A stretch of DNA of 64,000 nucleotides from Bacteroidota bacterium. Its GTDB lineage: Bacteria > Bacteroidota > Bacteroidia > NS11-12g > UBA9320. Below, one piece after another: positions 31,566 through 41,175 of this stretch (position 1 is the first letter of the stretch; every line of letters starts with the position of its first letter). The stretch spans positions 43,737 to 107,736 of the forward strand of contig NVWV01000002.1 in assembly GCA_002746305.1 (NCBI GenBank), given 5' to 3'. Both the position numbers and the translations under genes were made by a program. The notes beneath the pieces are model-generated. The model saw nothing but the letters and a program-made list of their open reading frames with translations, searched no databases and was not told the DNA's origin.

Positions 31566-34256
31566 CTAATATCTATTAATTACCAGTTTTTTAGTCGCTG
31601 TAGATTTACCGTTTTTTACTTCTAGATGGTAAATTCCATTGGATAAATGAGATATGTCCATGGTAACCATCCCATTAATTAACTGTGTTTGAGATACGTT
31701 TGCCCCAATATGATTATAGATTGTTACCAATGATTCACTTTGATTAGTTTCAATATATAACTGAGAGCTTGCAGGATTGGGATAGATTTTTATATCAACT
31801 ACAGATGACTCAGCAATACCTGTTATTAGACCTGCAACTTTGATAACCCTGGAAGACTTCTTATTACAACTCTTACTGTCAGCTACTGTTAAGACTACTG
31901 TAAAATTGCCATTTTTGGTATAAACATGATTAACTGTTTTGCTAGTACTGGATGTTCCGTCTCCTAAATCCCAACTGTAGTTTAGACCTGCTTGGTCCGC
32001 AGTAAAGGTGAAGTCGGCAATATCATTAACTTGATAGTTATAGCCTGCATTTGGAGCTTTTCTTACATCTACTTCAACCCTAGAATGTGGGCTGAAACAT
32101 TGAATATTTCTGCTTGCAACGAAGTAGGTCTGATTGGCGGTTAAAGGGGGAGTAGTATATGATACACCCGTTTTTAGTACCTCAGAAAAGGAAGAGTCTA
32201 AGGACCAAATTACTTCACCAGCATCTGTTTCTGCACTTATTGTCGCTTGTTTATTTTCACAAATATTGTCACTCATTATATTGGATAATGTACCTGGATT
32301 TAGGCCGCTTACAGTAACACTATGTCTTGTGGTATCCAAACAGGCTTCACTGTATGGTTCTAGGTAATAGGTAATATTACCAGTAAAATCAAATAATTGA
32401 ACTATTGAACTATCGTAAACAATAGTACCCCCAGAATTGGCGTCATACCATCGAATAGAACCTATATACTCGGAGTAATCAATAGTCAAGGTGTCACCCA
32501 GACAAATAGTGTCTTTATCTTTGATTCCTATGTTTGGGAAAGACCATACCAGTAATTTCTTTTCTATCCGTGAGCTCGCACACTGGCCATCGTATGCATC
32601 AATAAAGAATTGTTGTGTTCCGAGTTGGTTTGGTGAAAAGGTAAATGAGTTTCCGGTATGAAGCTGATTCCCAAATGAAGGTACATCAAACCATCGAATA
32701 CTATCACCTGAAGCTGAAGTTGCAGTTAAGGTAACTTGACCATCATGTATGCAGATAAGGCTATCTAAGTTAGTGAGTGGGGCAGTAGGAGCATTATTTG
32801 AATTAACATTTGCGATGGCCTCCGTACGTTTAGAGCTTATACAGCCTCTATTATTAGCCTCTGCATAGAATTTAGCAGATGAACTCAGGAGTTTAGAAGT
32901 GTAAATCATCCCTGTATCAAGCGGTATTCCTCCGATGGAGTCTGACCACCAAATAATATTACCAAAATCGGTCGTTGCAGTCAGATTTGCTTTTGCATTA
33001 AGGCAAATACTATCATTTAAAACAGTGGGTATGCTAGGTTTCTCTGCAACACTTATTATAGCTTGTCTTGTGCTTGTAGTACAAGCGGAGTTTATAGATC
33101 TTGTATAGTATGATTTGTTGTTGAAAAGGGGAGGAGAAGTGAATATTCCTCCGGAGTCAATGGGAGTTGAAGCTGTTGGTGAAGAATACCAATAAACTTT
33201 GCCGTTGCTGAGGGCAGAAATTATTGCAATGTCTCCAGAACAAACAGGAGTGTCAGTACTTAGTGTAATTTCATCAGGTTGGTAAGATATCATTTGGTAG
33301 GCAGTATCTCTGCAACCGATACCATTTCTGTAACCATACATAGTGGTAACAAGCCGAACGTTTCGATTTGTTGGAAAGGCATATTTGATCTTAGGATTTT
33401 CACCATAAACTGTAGAACTACCAGCTCCTCCATACCAGTAGTAAGAATACTGTCCCAAACCATAGGATATGTATCTATTGTACATTCTGTGACTCAGAAT
33501 AGGAGAGCTTAAGTTGGTAGGAGCAAGGCTATCCTGCCATTTATAGCAATCGGCAAATGTGAAGTCTGCAAACGTATTGTATTTAGTATGGGGTTCTAAA
33601 AGAACATCACAATTAAGAGTAGTACCTGCAATATTTAAGTTAAGACATCTGTACCAAAAATTACTAACGGTTCCGCAGGCAATATTTTCATTTGCCCCAT
33701 CTCCATTATCATAACTATTGCATACCACACCAACCCGTACAGTATCAAGTGATGATATTGTAATTATATAAGGTTTATCTGTAGTGTAAGGTGTATCAAA
33801 AGTGATTGACTTTCTAAGCGTAGAAAGTTGGCCACCGTTAAACAATGTATCCAATTTGATGTTTTTTGTTCGTATGGGAGGACCAGTAGGAAGAGTGTCG
33901 AGCCCCACATTGTATAGACTAACTGTCACAGTCACACTATCATTATTTGTTGAAATAGTCCATCCGTAGAAAGTAGTTCCAGAGACAGTTACCGTATCAG
34001 GTGCGTCATAATATTGCCCCAGAGCAAAACCGTCAGATATGCCAATGGCTTGAAAAGCTGTTGCTTTATATCTACCATACTCCAGAGTGTCTTCTGTACA
34101 AGCCTTGGGTGCCAATGGGCCTTTTAATTTGAGGTTTGGATTGTGTGGCACATACTTTGGCAAATCATCAACAATAGTATTAGGAACTGATGATAGTTGG
34201 GCAGTAGCACTAAAACCTAAAAAAGCCAATAGGGAAGTTAGTAATATTTTTTTCAT
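31566..34256 (-). CDS. T9SS-secreted cell-surface adhesin-like protein: signal peptide, five tandem ~85-aa Ig-like repeats, a PKD domain and a Por-secretion-tail C-terminal sorting domain
   Basis: 896 aa. The C-terminus KIYPNPASSQLYIETNQSESLVTIYNHIGANV...NGIYHLEVKNGKSTATKKLVINRY is a type-A T9SS CTD. PKD-like WDLGDGTSSTSKTVNHVYTKNGNFTVVLTVAD. Internal repeats share C..A.L.A....G.I.W[YFW]...G......G..YT[ST]..L.......Y......C.S.R....V.V...P. Confidence 0.85.
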   Translation of the reverse strand: MKKILLTSLLAFLGFSATAQLSSVPNTIVDDLPKYVPHNPNLKLKGPLAPKACTEDTLEYGRYKATAFQAIGISDGFALGQYYDAPDTVTVSGTTFYGWTISTNNDSVTVTVSLYNVGLDTLPTGPPIRTKNIKLDTLFNGGQLSTLRKSITFDTPYTTDKPYIITISSLDTVRVGVVCNSYDNGDGANENIACGTVSNFWYRCLNLNIAGTTLNCDVLLEPHTKYNTFADFTFADCYKWQDSLAPTNLSSPILSHRMYNRYISYGLGQYSYYWYGGAGSSTVYGENPKIKYAFPTNRNVRLVTTMYGYRNGIGCRDTAYQMISYQPDEITLSTDTPVCSGDIAIISALSNGKVYWYSSPTASTPIDSGGIFTSPPLFNNKSYYTRSINSACTTSTRQAIISVAEKPSIPTVLNDSICLNAKANLTATTDFGNIIWWSDSIGGIPLDTGMIYTSKLLSSSAKFYAEANNRGCISSKRTEAIANVNSNNAPTAPLTNLDSLICIHDGQVTLTATSASGDSIRWFDVPSFGNQLHTGNSFTFSPNQLGTQQFFIDAYDGQCASSRIEKKLLVWSFPNIGIKDKDTICLGDTLTIDYSEYIGSIRWYDANSGGTIVYDSSIVQLFDFTGNITYYLEPYSEACLDTTRHSVTVSGLNPGTLSNIMSDNICENKQATISAETDAGEVIWSLDSSFSEVLKTGVSYTTPPLTANQTYFVASRNIQCFSPHSRVEVDVRKAPNAGYNYQVNDIADFTFTADQAGLNYSWDLGDGTSSTSKTVNHVYTKNGNFTVVLTVADSKSCNKKSSRVIKVAGLITGIAESSVVDIKIYPNPASSQLYIETNQSESLVTIYNHIGANVSQTQLINGMVTMDISHLSNGIYHLEVKNGKSTATKKLVINRY

Positions 34257-34477
34257 AACAGATAAGAAACTTGTAGGGTTACTAAAGTAGTAAAAAAAAG
34301 AATAGTATCAATTTTTAAACTATAAGTATTTACAAATCAGGTGTTTAATATTTAGATTGGGGTTGTGTGAGGACATTTTAATATCATCGGAGTGTAAGGT
34401 TAGGTTAAACTGGTGTAATGCTTTTCCATTTTCCTTTAATGACTAACGTAGAAATGGGATTATTGAGGTTTTTGCAT

Positions 34478-34508
34478 AAAAAAAGCCCCAATCTAAGATT
34501 AGGGCTTT
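34478..34508 (-). terminator. Terminator hairpin following tRNA-Cys (minus strand)
   Basis: On the plus strand, an A7 run then GCCCCAATCT-a-AGATTAGGGCT. On the minus strand this is a hairpin followed by T7, immediately 3' of the tRNA. Confidence 0.65.
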
Positions 34509-34513
34509 AATTG

Positions 34514-34584
34514 AGGTCGGAACCGGATTCGAACCGGTGTAGCAGCTTTTGCAGAGCTGAGCCTAGCCGCTCGGCCATCCGACC
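34514..34584 (-). tRNA. tRNA-Cys (anticodon GCA)
   Basis: Folded by hand from the minus-strand sequence GGTCGGATGGCCGAGCGGCTAGGCTCAGCTCTGCAAAAGCTGCTACACCGGTTCGAATCCGGTTCCGACC(T). A 7-bp acceptor stem, a 5-bp anticodon stem CAGCT/AGCTG around the loop CTGCAAA (anticodon GCA), a T-arm ACCGG-TTCGAAT-CCGGT, and a 4-nt variable loop. CCA is not encoded. Confidence 0.8.
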
Positions 34585-34694
34585 ATTTTAAAGTGGTGCA
34601 AATCTAAAGTATCTATCTTCTATTCCTAACAAATATTTGATCCGTTTCAATGTAGTTTTTAGCTTTCTGTTACTTTTGGCGTAAGTTTTAAAAA

Positions 34695-35186
34695 TTGGCA
34701 TACCCAAAGCATTTTGAACAGTTGTATAAAAAACACCAGCCCTCACTGGTGCATTTTGCTATATACCTTACGCATAGTCGTTCAGATGCTCTAGAAATAG
34801 TCAATGACGTTTTTGTCAATGTTTGGAATAAAAGAAGCACACTGAATCTAGATGATTCCTTAAAAAGTTACTTGTTTTCATCTGTAAAGAACAGATGTAC
34901 TAATTTTTTAAAGAAAAAGAAACTCCAAATTGTGTCAGAGCTACCCAATGATGGTGTCAGTTCTTTTACTGCAGATAAGGGAGTAGAAGAAAAAGAACAG
35001 CTTGAGCGACTCCATAATATTTTAAATATTCTTCCTCCTAAATGCAAACAGATTTTTGTAATGAGCAGGATGGATGAGCTGACTTACAAGGAGATAGCAG
35101 AGTTATTAGAACTTTCCGTAAAGACTATTGAAGCACAGATGTCCAAGGCTTTGAAAATTTTTAGAGAAAAATTAATTAAGAAGTAA
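34695..35186 (+). CDS. ECF sigma-70 factor (FecI-like) of a cell-surface signalling locus
   Basis: 163 aa. Region 2 VNDVFVNVWNKRSTL and region 4 ELTYKEIAELLELSVKTIEAQMSKALKIFREKL. Followed by FecR and a TonB-dependent transducer. Confidence 0.85.
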   Translation: MAYPKHFEQLYKKHQPSLVHFAIYLTHSRSDALEIVNDVFVNVWNKRSTLNLDDSLKSYLFSSVKNRCTNFLKKKKLQIVSELPNDGVSSFTADKGVEEKEQLERLHNILNILPPKCKQIFVMSRMDELTYKEIAELLELSVKTIEAQMSKALKIFREKLIKK

Positions 35187-35234
35187 GGGTAGAGGATGAA
35201 ATTGTTGTATTACCTATTAAGAAACGATACGAAT

Positions 35235-35384
35235 ATGATTTGGGAATCAAATATCTTACTAAAGTATCTTGTAGGTAAATGCACCAAGCAAGAATCTAAA
35301 GAAGTAAATGAGTGGCTTTTAGAAAGCGACTATAATAGAAAGACTTTATCACATCTTAGGATGACGGTAAATGGCCAGTTTTAA
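35235..35384 (+). CDS. Mini-ORF encoding a duplicated FecR N-terminal (anti-sigma) segment. Possible remnant or standalone peptide
   Basis: MIWESNILLKYLVGKCTKQESKEVNEWLLESDYNRK... parallels the downstream FecR N-terminus TIVKYLSGNMSEEERTLFLEEVAKSD, sharing the KYL.G..S.EE motif. Its stop overlaps the FecR ATG (TAATG). The track ORF starts at 35196; the internal ATG at 35235 is preferred. Confidence 0.35.
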   Translation: MIWESNILLKYLVGKCTKQESKEVNEWLLESDYNRKTLSHLRMTVNGQF

Positions 35385-36304
35385 TGAATCTGAACACAGA
35401 AGATACCATTGTTAAGTACCTCTCAGGCAATATGTCTGAAGAGGAGAGGACGCTATTTCTTGAGGAAGTAGCGAAATCTGATGTATTGTCTTCTGAATTG
35501 GATTCATTTCGTAATGTCTGGTCGCTAACTAACCAATTAAGTTATGACCAAGATGCAGTTGATGCATCTTGGCATAATTTCCAGCAAGAGGTAAAAGCAC
35601 CGTTTAGAATACTTGGCTTTGATTGGCTCAAAGTGGCTGCAAGTTTTACAATTCTTGTGGCCTTTTCTCTTGGAATGTGGTTTTTTGGTTCTACAGACGT
35701 AACCTTTAGTACAGATTCCAACATTGCTAAACTGACTTTAGCTGATGAAACAAAGATTGAACTAAATAGTAATTCTGTTTTAACCTATGATAAGAGTTTT
35801 GGAAACGAAACTCGCGAAGTTTCACTTTCTGGTCAGGCTTATTTTAACGTCTCTAAAAGTGACAAGAAGTTTATTGTTCATTCCATTTCTGGTGATGTTA
35901 TTGTTCATGGAACAGAATTTAGCGTTTTTGCAAATGAACATACTGGATTTACATTAGTGGAACTATATGAAGGTTCCATTTCCTATAAGGGAAAAGGAGA
36001 AGATGTTGTTTTGGTTCCAGGGCAACGTTTAATCGTGGACGAGACTGGAGAGGTGAGTATTAGTAAGTTTGTTTCTAAGTCAGAATGGTCTGAGAACATC
36101 GCATGTGATAATGTGCCACTATCTTATATTCTTGGTCAATTGAATTTAACATATGGTGTTGCGTTTAAAGTTTCTAATAGAATGCTGAAAGAGCATTATA
36201 CTTTATCACTTCCAAAAGACGATTTGAGTGCTTGTATCAAAATATTAAATGATGTTTCTGGTAAAAGCTTTGTATTAATCGACAACACTATCGTTTTGAA
36301 ATAA
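35384..36304 (+). CDS. FecR-family transmembrane anti-sigma factor
   Basis: 306 aa. N-terminal FecR anti-sigma motif (KYLSGNMSEEERTLFLEEV), a single TM (LKVAASFTILVAFSLGMWFF) and a C-terminal periplasmic FecR beta-domain. Confidence 0.8.
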   Translation: MNLNTEDTIVKYLSGNMSEEERTLFLEEVAKSDVLSSELDSFRNVWSLTNQLSYDQDAVDASWHNFQQEVKAPFRILGFDWLKVAASFTILVAFSLGMWFFGSTDVTFSTDSNIAKLTLADETKIELNSNSVLTYDKSFGNETREVSLSGQAYFNVSKSDKKFIVHSISGDVIVHGTEFSVFANEHTGFTLVELYEGSISYKGKGEDVVLVPGQRLIVDETGEVSISKFVSKSEWSENIACDNVPLSYILGQLNLTYGVAFKVSNRMLKEHYTLSLPKDDLSACIKILNDVSGKSFVLIDNTIVLK

Positions 36305-36327
36305 TCTAATAACGTAATTTGCAATGA

Positions 36328-38883
36328 TTGCGTTTAGCCTATTGCATATTATTCCTAATTTTAGGTTTTGTGGTATCTGCCCAGAGTACCACTGATATTA
36401 AAATTAATTCTTTAGACTGTAAATCCACACTACACGAGTGTCTGGATGGAATCTCACAAAAGACTTCAGTTAAATTCAATTATAAGAATGATCTGGTTAA
36501 TAATGTAAAACTTCGTATTAAGAAATCCAATACTACATTACTAGAAGTATTGGATGAAATTAGAAATCAGTGCGAAGTAGATTACACGTTTGTAAACAAA
36601 AATTTAGTTTCTGTATTTGAACAAAAAGGAATTTTTATTTATGGAACATTATTAGATGCAGGTTCCAGTGATAGGATTGCAGATGCTACAATCCAAATTT
36701 CTGGAAAGTCCAGAAGTGTTGTGACCGATAAAAATGGACTATTTAGACTCTATGTGACAAACGATTCAGTTGATTTAATTATTTATCATCCAAATTATCA
36801 GTTGGGTAGAAGTAAGTTCTTGGTTGAAGGTAAGCGACATCTTTTAATTAAACTTGATCCTGTGACGCGACTAAATGCAGTCGAAGTCTTCAATAACTAT
36901 TCTTCTGAGATCTCTCTCAAATCATTTGACCAAGTAAATCCCTCCAATACAGACCTTCCCACTCTGGGCGGAGAAACAGATGCTTTGAATAATGTAAAGC
37001 TTTTACCAGGTGTAAATAATGTGACATTTGGAGAACAGGGTCTTGTCGTAAGAGGTGGTGGCCCTGATCAAAACTATACCCTTATGGATGGAATTCCAGT
37101 ATACAATACCTTTCATTTGCTTGGGCTATATTCTATTTTCAATGCATCTATAGTGAATAGTATTAAACTTCATAAGGATGCGTTTCCAAGTAAGTACAAT
37201 AGTCGTCTAAGTAGCGTAGTAGATGTAAGTCTGAAAAATGGGAATAAGAAAAAGACAGAACTAATTGCAGATATTGGTATTCTATCAAGCGGTATTGCTT
37301 TGAATGGACCTATTATTAAGAAAAAACTAAGCTATTCCATATCTGCTCGTCGAACCTATGCAGATGTACTAACTACTCCTCTGCAACGTTTGGTTGATAA
37401 AAATGAACCCAATACAAGTACTACTGCATTGTGGTCTTATGACCTATTTGCAAAACTTCATTTTCAGCCCAATAAGAATAATCAAGTTAGTCTTACCGCT
37501 TATAACGGAGGTGATCAATTGAATTTTAATACGCAATTGGAATTGAATGATGATAAGTCTACAGTGGAGAGATCCAGAGGGGCGATAGGATGGAGGAACT
37601 TGATACTAGGAATCAATTGGAATAGTACATTGAGTAGTAGAGTCTTTTTGACACTTGGTGCTTCTACTAGTGGTTATAACCTAAAGTTTAGCGATGAATA
37701 CAGTCTTACTCAAAAGAACAACTTCTCGGATAATTCTTCTAGTTATATTAATGGTTTACAGGAGCTAAGGTTGGCAGCAGATTTAGATATTGCATGGAAT
37801 AAGAAAAATTTGCTTAAAACTGGAATTGGGTCTGTTAATTATATTTTTTCACCCTTTGAAAGGCGTTATTTTAGTTCAAGTAATCTTAATTTTATTGATA
37901 CTACACTAATATCTCATCAAATATCCTCACAGGAATATTATATATATGTCGAGAATAAATCGTATTTCCAAGGAGGGAATATAGTCTATGGTGTCAGAGT
38001 TGCTCAGTTTAATACAACCAAAAAGAAGTATGTTAGATTTCAGCCGAAGCTTTTATTAATTCAGAATATTTCAAAGATTAGTCAATTGAGGTTTGGACTT
38101 TCAGTTGCAAATCAGTTTGTACATCTTGTACCCAATAATAACTTAGGTCTTCCCGTTGATATTTGGTTACCAGTTACAAAGACATTAAAACCAATGAGTG
38201 CAACACAGCTTAGTAGTAAGTACACTCACAGACTACAAAAGATTCAATTGGAGATAGGAATATTTTCAAAATTTTATACCAATATCTTGGAACATGAAAC
38301 TGGAAGTCAATTATTGACTGATGATAATTGGGAAGAAAATTTATTGAGTGGCTCGGGCAGATCATATGGATTGGAAGTAGGAGCTAAGTATACCTTAGCT
38401 AAGTTGTCAATGTACAGTTCATATACATTGAGTAGAAGTAAAAGGACAATAGAAAATATAAATGAAGGACTGGAGTACCTCTCTAAGTATGATAGACCCC
38501 ACAGTGTAAGTACCATTATTGAGTACGCTTGGACATCTGAGGATAAACTTCTACTATCATTTAGTTATGCAAGTGGAAATCCTATTACTATTCCGACAGC
38601 TCGATACATTACAATTGTTAATGGAGAAGAGGTTGTAGTTGAAGAGTTTGAGAAAATAAATAACTTTAGACTGCCGTCTACTCATCATTTGGATATCTCT
38701 TACCTTAGAGAGAGGTCACACAAAAGGTTTAATTCAAAATTTATAGTCGGGGTTTACAATGTCTACAATAGACTAAACCCTTTTATGGTATTTATTGGGA
38801 TAAATAAGGAAGCAGAACCTACATTGAAATTAAGATCGTATTTACCTATTATGCCTATGTTGAAGTATTCAATTCAAATTTGA
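36328..38883 (+). CDS. TonB-dependent receptor/transducer with an N-terminal STN signalling domain and a CarboxypepD_reg-like domain (TTG start)
   Basis: 851 aa. Signal peptide (M)RLAYCILFLILGFVVSAQS. ~80-aa STN-like segment (LLEVLDEIRNQCEVDYTFVNKNLVSV). Carboxypeptidase-regulatory-like GTLLDAGSSDRIADATIQISGK...TDKNGLFRL. Plug-domain motifs VRGGGPDQNYTLMDGIPVYN. Confidence 0.85.
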   Translation: MRLAYCILFLILGFVVSAQSTTDIKINSLDCKSTLHECLDGISQKTSVKFNYKNDLVNNVKLRIKKSNTTLLEVLDEIRNQCEVDYTFVNKNLVSVFEQKGIFIYGTLLDAGSSDRIADATIQISGKSRSVVTDKNGLFRLYVTNDSVDLIIYHPNYQLGRSKFLVEGKRHLLIKLDPVTRLNAVEVFNNYSSEISLKSFDQVNPSNTDLPTLGGETDALNNVKLLPGVNNVTFGEQGLVVRGGGPDQNYTLMDGIPVYNTFHLLGLYSIFNASIVNSIKLHKDAFPSKYNSRLSSVVDVSLKNGNKKKTELIADIGILSSGIALNGPIIKKKLSYSISARRTYADVLTTPLQRLVDKNEPNTSTTALWSYDLFAKLHFQPNKNNQVSLTAYNGGDQLNFNTQLELNDDKSTVERSRGAIGWRNLILGINWNSTLSSRVFLTLGASTSGYNLKFSDEYSLTQKNNFSDNSSSYINGLQELRLAADLDIAWNKKNLLKTGIGSVNYIFSPFERRYFSSSNLNFIDTTLISHQISSQEYYIYVENKSYFQGGNIVYGVRVAQFNTTKKKYVRFQPKLLLIQNISKISQLRFGLSVANQFVHLVPNNNLGLPVDIWLPVTKTLKPMSATQLSSKYTHRLQKIQLEIGIFSKFYTNILEHETGSQLLTDDNWEENLLSGSGRSYGLEVGAKYTLAKLSMYSSYTLSRSKRTIENINEGLEYLSKYDRPHSVSTIIEYAWTSEDKLLLSFSYASGNPITIPTARYITIVNGEEVVVEEFEKINNFRLPSTHHLDISYLRERSHKRFNSKFIVGVYNVYNRLNPFMVFIGINKEAEPTLKLRSYLPIMPMLKYSIQI

Positions 38884-39755
38884 AATATCTTATTTACATA
38901 TCCTTTTTCTTAATATTGGTATCCTGTGAAAAGGATATTCCTTTGGGAAATGAAGTTTTTAAAAAGAAGTTGGTGATAAACTCATTTAATCGTGCGGATT
39001 CATTTCTCAGCGTCAATATTAGTGAGTCTGTTAACATTTTGGGTATTCCATCTAGCTCTAAGTTAAGTGGGGATGCAAAGGTTCTTGTGCTCAAAGATGG
39101 ACTCATATTATTTAATGATTTTATAAAGGTTGATAAAGGTAACTTTACTATTCCATTCAAATGTCTACGGCAGAGTGTTTACGAACTTCAGGTTGCGTTT
39201 GAAGGCTATCCAAGTATTAGAGCAAAGGATAGTGTACCATTATTGGATCCCGTATTTGAAATAGATACGCTAATTTCTCAATTAAATGGTCATAAATTAA
39301 TCTTCGAACTCAATGATCCGGTACAAAGGAATAATTATTATTTACAGTTGTTTGCAAAAGGGAAACAGTGGAACGGCACAGATTCATTGGAGGTGACAAA
39401 AGCACTGAACTATATCGCAGATGATAAGATTTTTATTTCAAACCTTCTAACTATTTCAAGAGACAATAGTTTTTCATTATTTGATGATGAATTAATCAAT
39501 GGAAATACAAGGAAGATGAGTTTAAAAATAGATAATTCAGATCTTTATAGAAAGGGATTTGTAGCGAGTGAAATTATTCTTAAATTGAGTAACGTGTCTG
39601 AAACAATGTATGTTTATTACTTAAATCTTTTGGAGAATACACACGTTTATGGAGGTCCGCTAGCAAGTACGAGTCGAGAAAATGGAAATATAGATCAGGG
39701 CCTCGGAGTATTCTGTTTCTATAGTAATACTACAAGAAAGGTTAAGATTCCTTAA
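38880..39755 (+). CDS. DUF4249-like lipoprotein (commonly follows Bacteroidota TonB-dependent receptors)
   Basis: 291 aa. Lipobox LILVSCEKD. C-terminal GNIDQGLGVFCFYS resembles the DUF4249 terminal motif. Its TTG start overlaps the receptor stop by 4 nt. Family assignment from memory. Confidence 0.5.
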   Translation: MKYLIYISFFLILVSCEKDIPLGNEVFKKKLVINSFNRADSFLSVNISESVNILGIPSSSKLSGDAKVLVLKDGLILFNDFIKVDKGNFTIPFKCLRQSVYELQVAFEGYPSIRAKDSVPLLDPVFEIDTLISQLNGHKLIFELNDPVQRNNYYLQLFAKGKQWNGTDSLEVTKALNYIADDKIFISNLLTISRDNSFSLFDDELINGNTRKMSLKIDNSDLYRKGFVASEIILKLSNVSETMYVYYLNLLENTHVYGGPLASTSRENGNIDQGLGVFCFYSNTTRKVKIP

Positions 39756-41086
39756 ATGGTTTTTTCCTTGAAAAGGATGTTATGGTCTTCCAGCTCCGCA
39801 AGAATAGGAGTATAGATTTCTTTGGTAGTCGGTAGTATGCACCCTCTAGCTGTAATTTTACCTTCAAGAATAAGTTTACATGCCATAGCTAATGGTAAAC
39901 CTACAGTCTTGGCCATAGCAGTATGTTCCCTATCAATACCCTCACATACCAAACTGCTTTCAATGGTTGAGGTTAGACCATCTTTTTTGAAAGTTACCTT
40001 GTGCCACATCACAACCATATCTCGGTCCGACTCCTTTAGAGTCCATTTTTTTTCTAAAATTTTCTGAAGGATCTGAGCAGGAGTTGAGTCTTTTGCTAAA
40101 CCGATTTTTTCATCGTTAAAGATACCTGTACTCTCTAACTTCTCCCATAAGTATATATCATCTTGCCGAATACCCAAATAAGATTTGAGTTTAAGCTCGA
40201 CACTATCTGTAGGGTGATAGGAAAGAAAGGTGTTGATAAAGTCTCTGTGGGTCATTTCTGAAGAATAGGGTAGCACATAGCTATCATCTGTACACCCTAG
40301 TTGAACAAAGCAATTCCATGCCTTAGAGAATCCAGGTCGTCTGAATGTACCTCTATACATCGTATTGACCTCACTCAATCCATAAGTTTCTCGGTATTTC
40401 AGACTGTCTCTGTTTGCATATCCTTCAAACTTTCCATAAGTATCTATTTCAACCAGTTCCGTACGTCTAAATACGCGGTGATAAGGTATAAACTTATACT
40501 GTCCACTGTGAATGAATTTTACGGCTCCGCCACTGCTAGCAAGTACCACATTTCTTGGGTTCCATGTAAATTTATATTTCCATGGGTTGTCTTCACAATC
40601 AGGTGCTATAAGACCTCCTGTAAAACTTTCAAATTCAGTAATCTGATTGCCTTTAGCTCTTATACCATCGAGTAGTTTCATTGCAGATAAATGATCAATC
40701 CCAGGATCTAAACCACATTCGTTGAGAAAAACGAGGTCCTTATCAGCCACCTCACTTGAAAGTTGTTTTAGTTCTTCAGACAAATAAGAAGCAGTTGCAA
40801 GGTTTATTCCTTTGGCCAAACATATCTGAGCTATACACATGTGAAGAGATGCAGGCAACATGCTCACTATCAAAGATGCACCGTCTATTAATTGTTCTAC
40901 ATCTGTATTATTGGTGATGTCGATTTTTATTTTTGTTGTGCTATCTAATTTACACTTTGATTTAACCAATTCTAAATCCCTATCGGCGACACATATATCC
41001 CAATTATGACTAACTGCATTCTCTTCCAGATACTTTATGAGATAGGTCGCAGATAATCCTGCTCCAAAAATGATTACTTTTTTCAT
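39752..41086 (-). CDS. Saccharopine dehydrogenase-family NAD(P)-binding oxidoreductase
   Basis: 444 aa. N-terminal Rossmann motif MKKVIIFGAGLSATYLIKYL. Overall Sacchrp_dh-like length and C-terminal domain. Confidence 0.75.
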   Translation of the reverse strand: MKKVIIFGAGLSATYLIKYLEENAVSHNWDICVADRDLELVKSKCKLDSTTKIKIDITNNTDVEQLIDGASLIVSMLPASLHMCIAQICLAKGINLATASYLSEELKQLSSEVADKDLVFLNECGLDPGIDHLSAMKLLDGIRAKGNQITEFESFTGGLIAPDCEDNPWKYKFTWNPRNVVLASSGGAVKFIHSGQYKFIPYHRVFRRTELVEIDTYGKFEGYANRDSLKYRETYGLSEVNTMYRGTFRRPGFSKAWNCFVQLGCTDDSYVLPYSSEMTHRDFINTFLSYHPTDSVELKLKSYLGIRQDDIYLWEKLESTGIFNDEKIGLAKDSTPAQILQKILEKKWTLKESDRDMVVMWHKVTFKKDGLTSTIESSLVCEGIDREHTAMAKTVGLPLAMACKLILEGKITARGCILPTTKEIYTPILAELEDHNILFKEKTI

Positions 41087-41175
41087 TTGTAATAGATGCC
41101 AAACCTACATTAAATTTAGAGTTATGGGATCGAATAATTAAAATATGTTGATATTGCACCAAAATATTAAGTGTC

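Noticed and set aside
34087-34290. A 67-aa plus-strand ORF overlapping the adhesin gene start
   Set aside because: Antisense to the signal-peptide region of the 896-aa T9SS protein. No motif.
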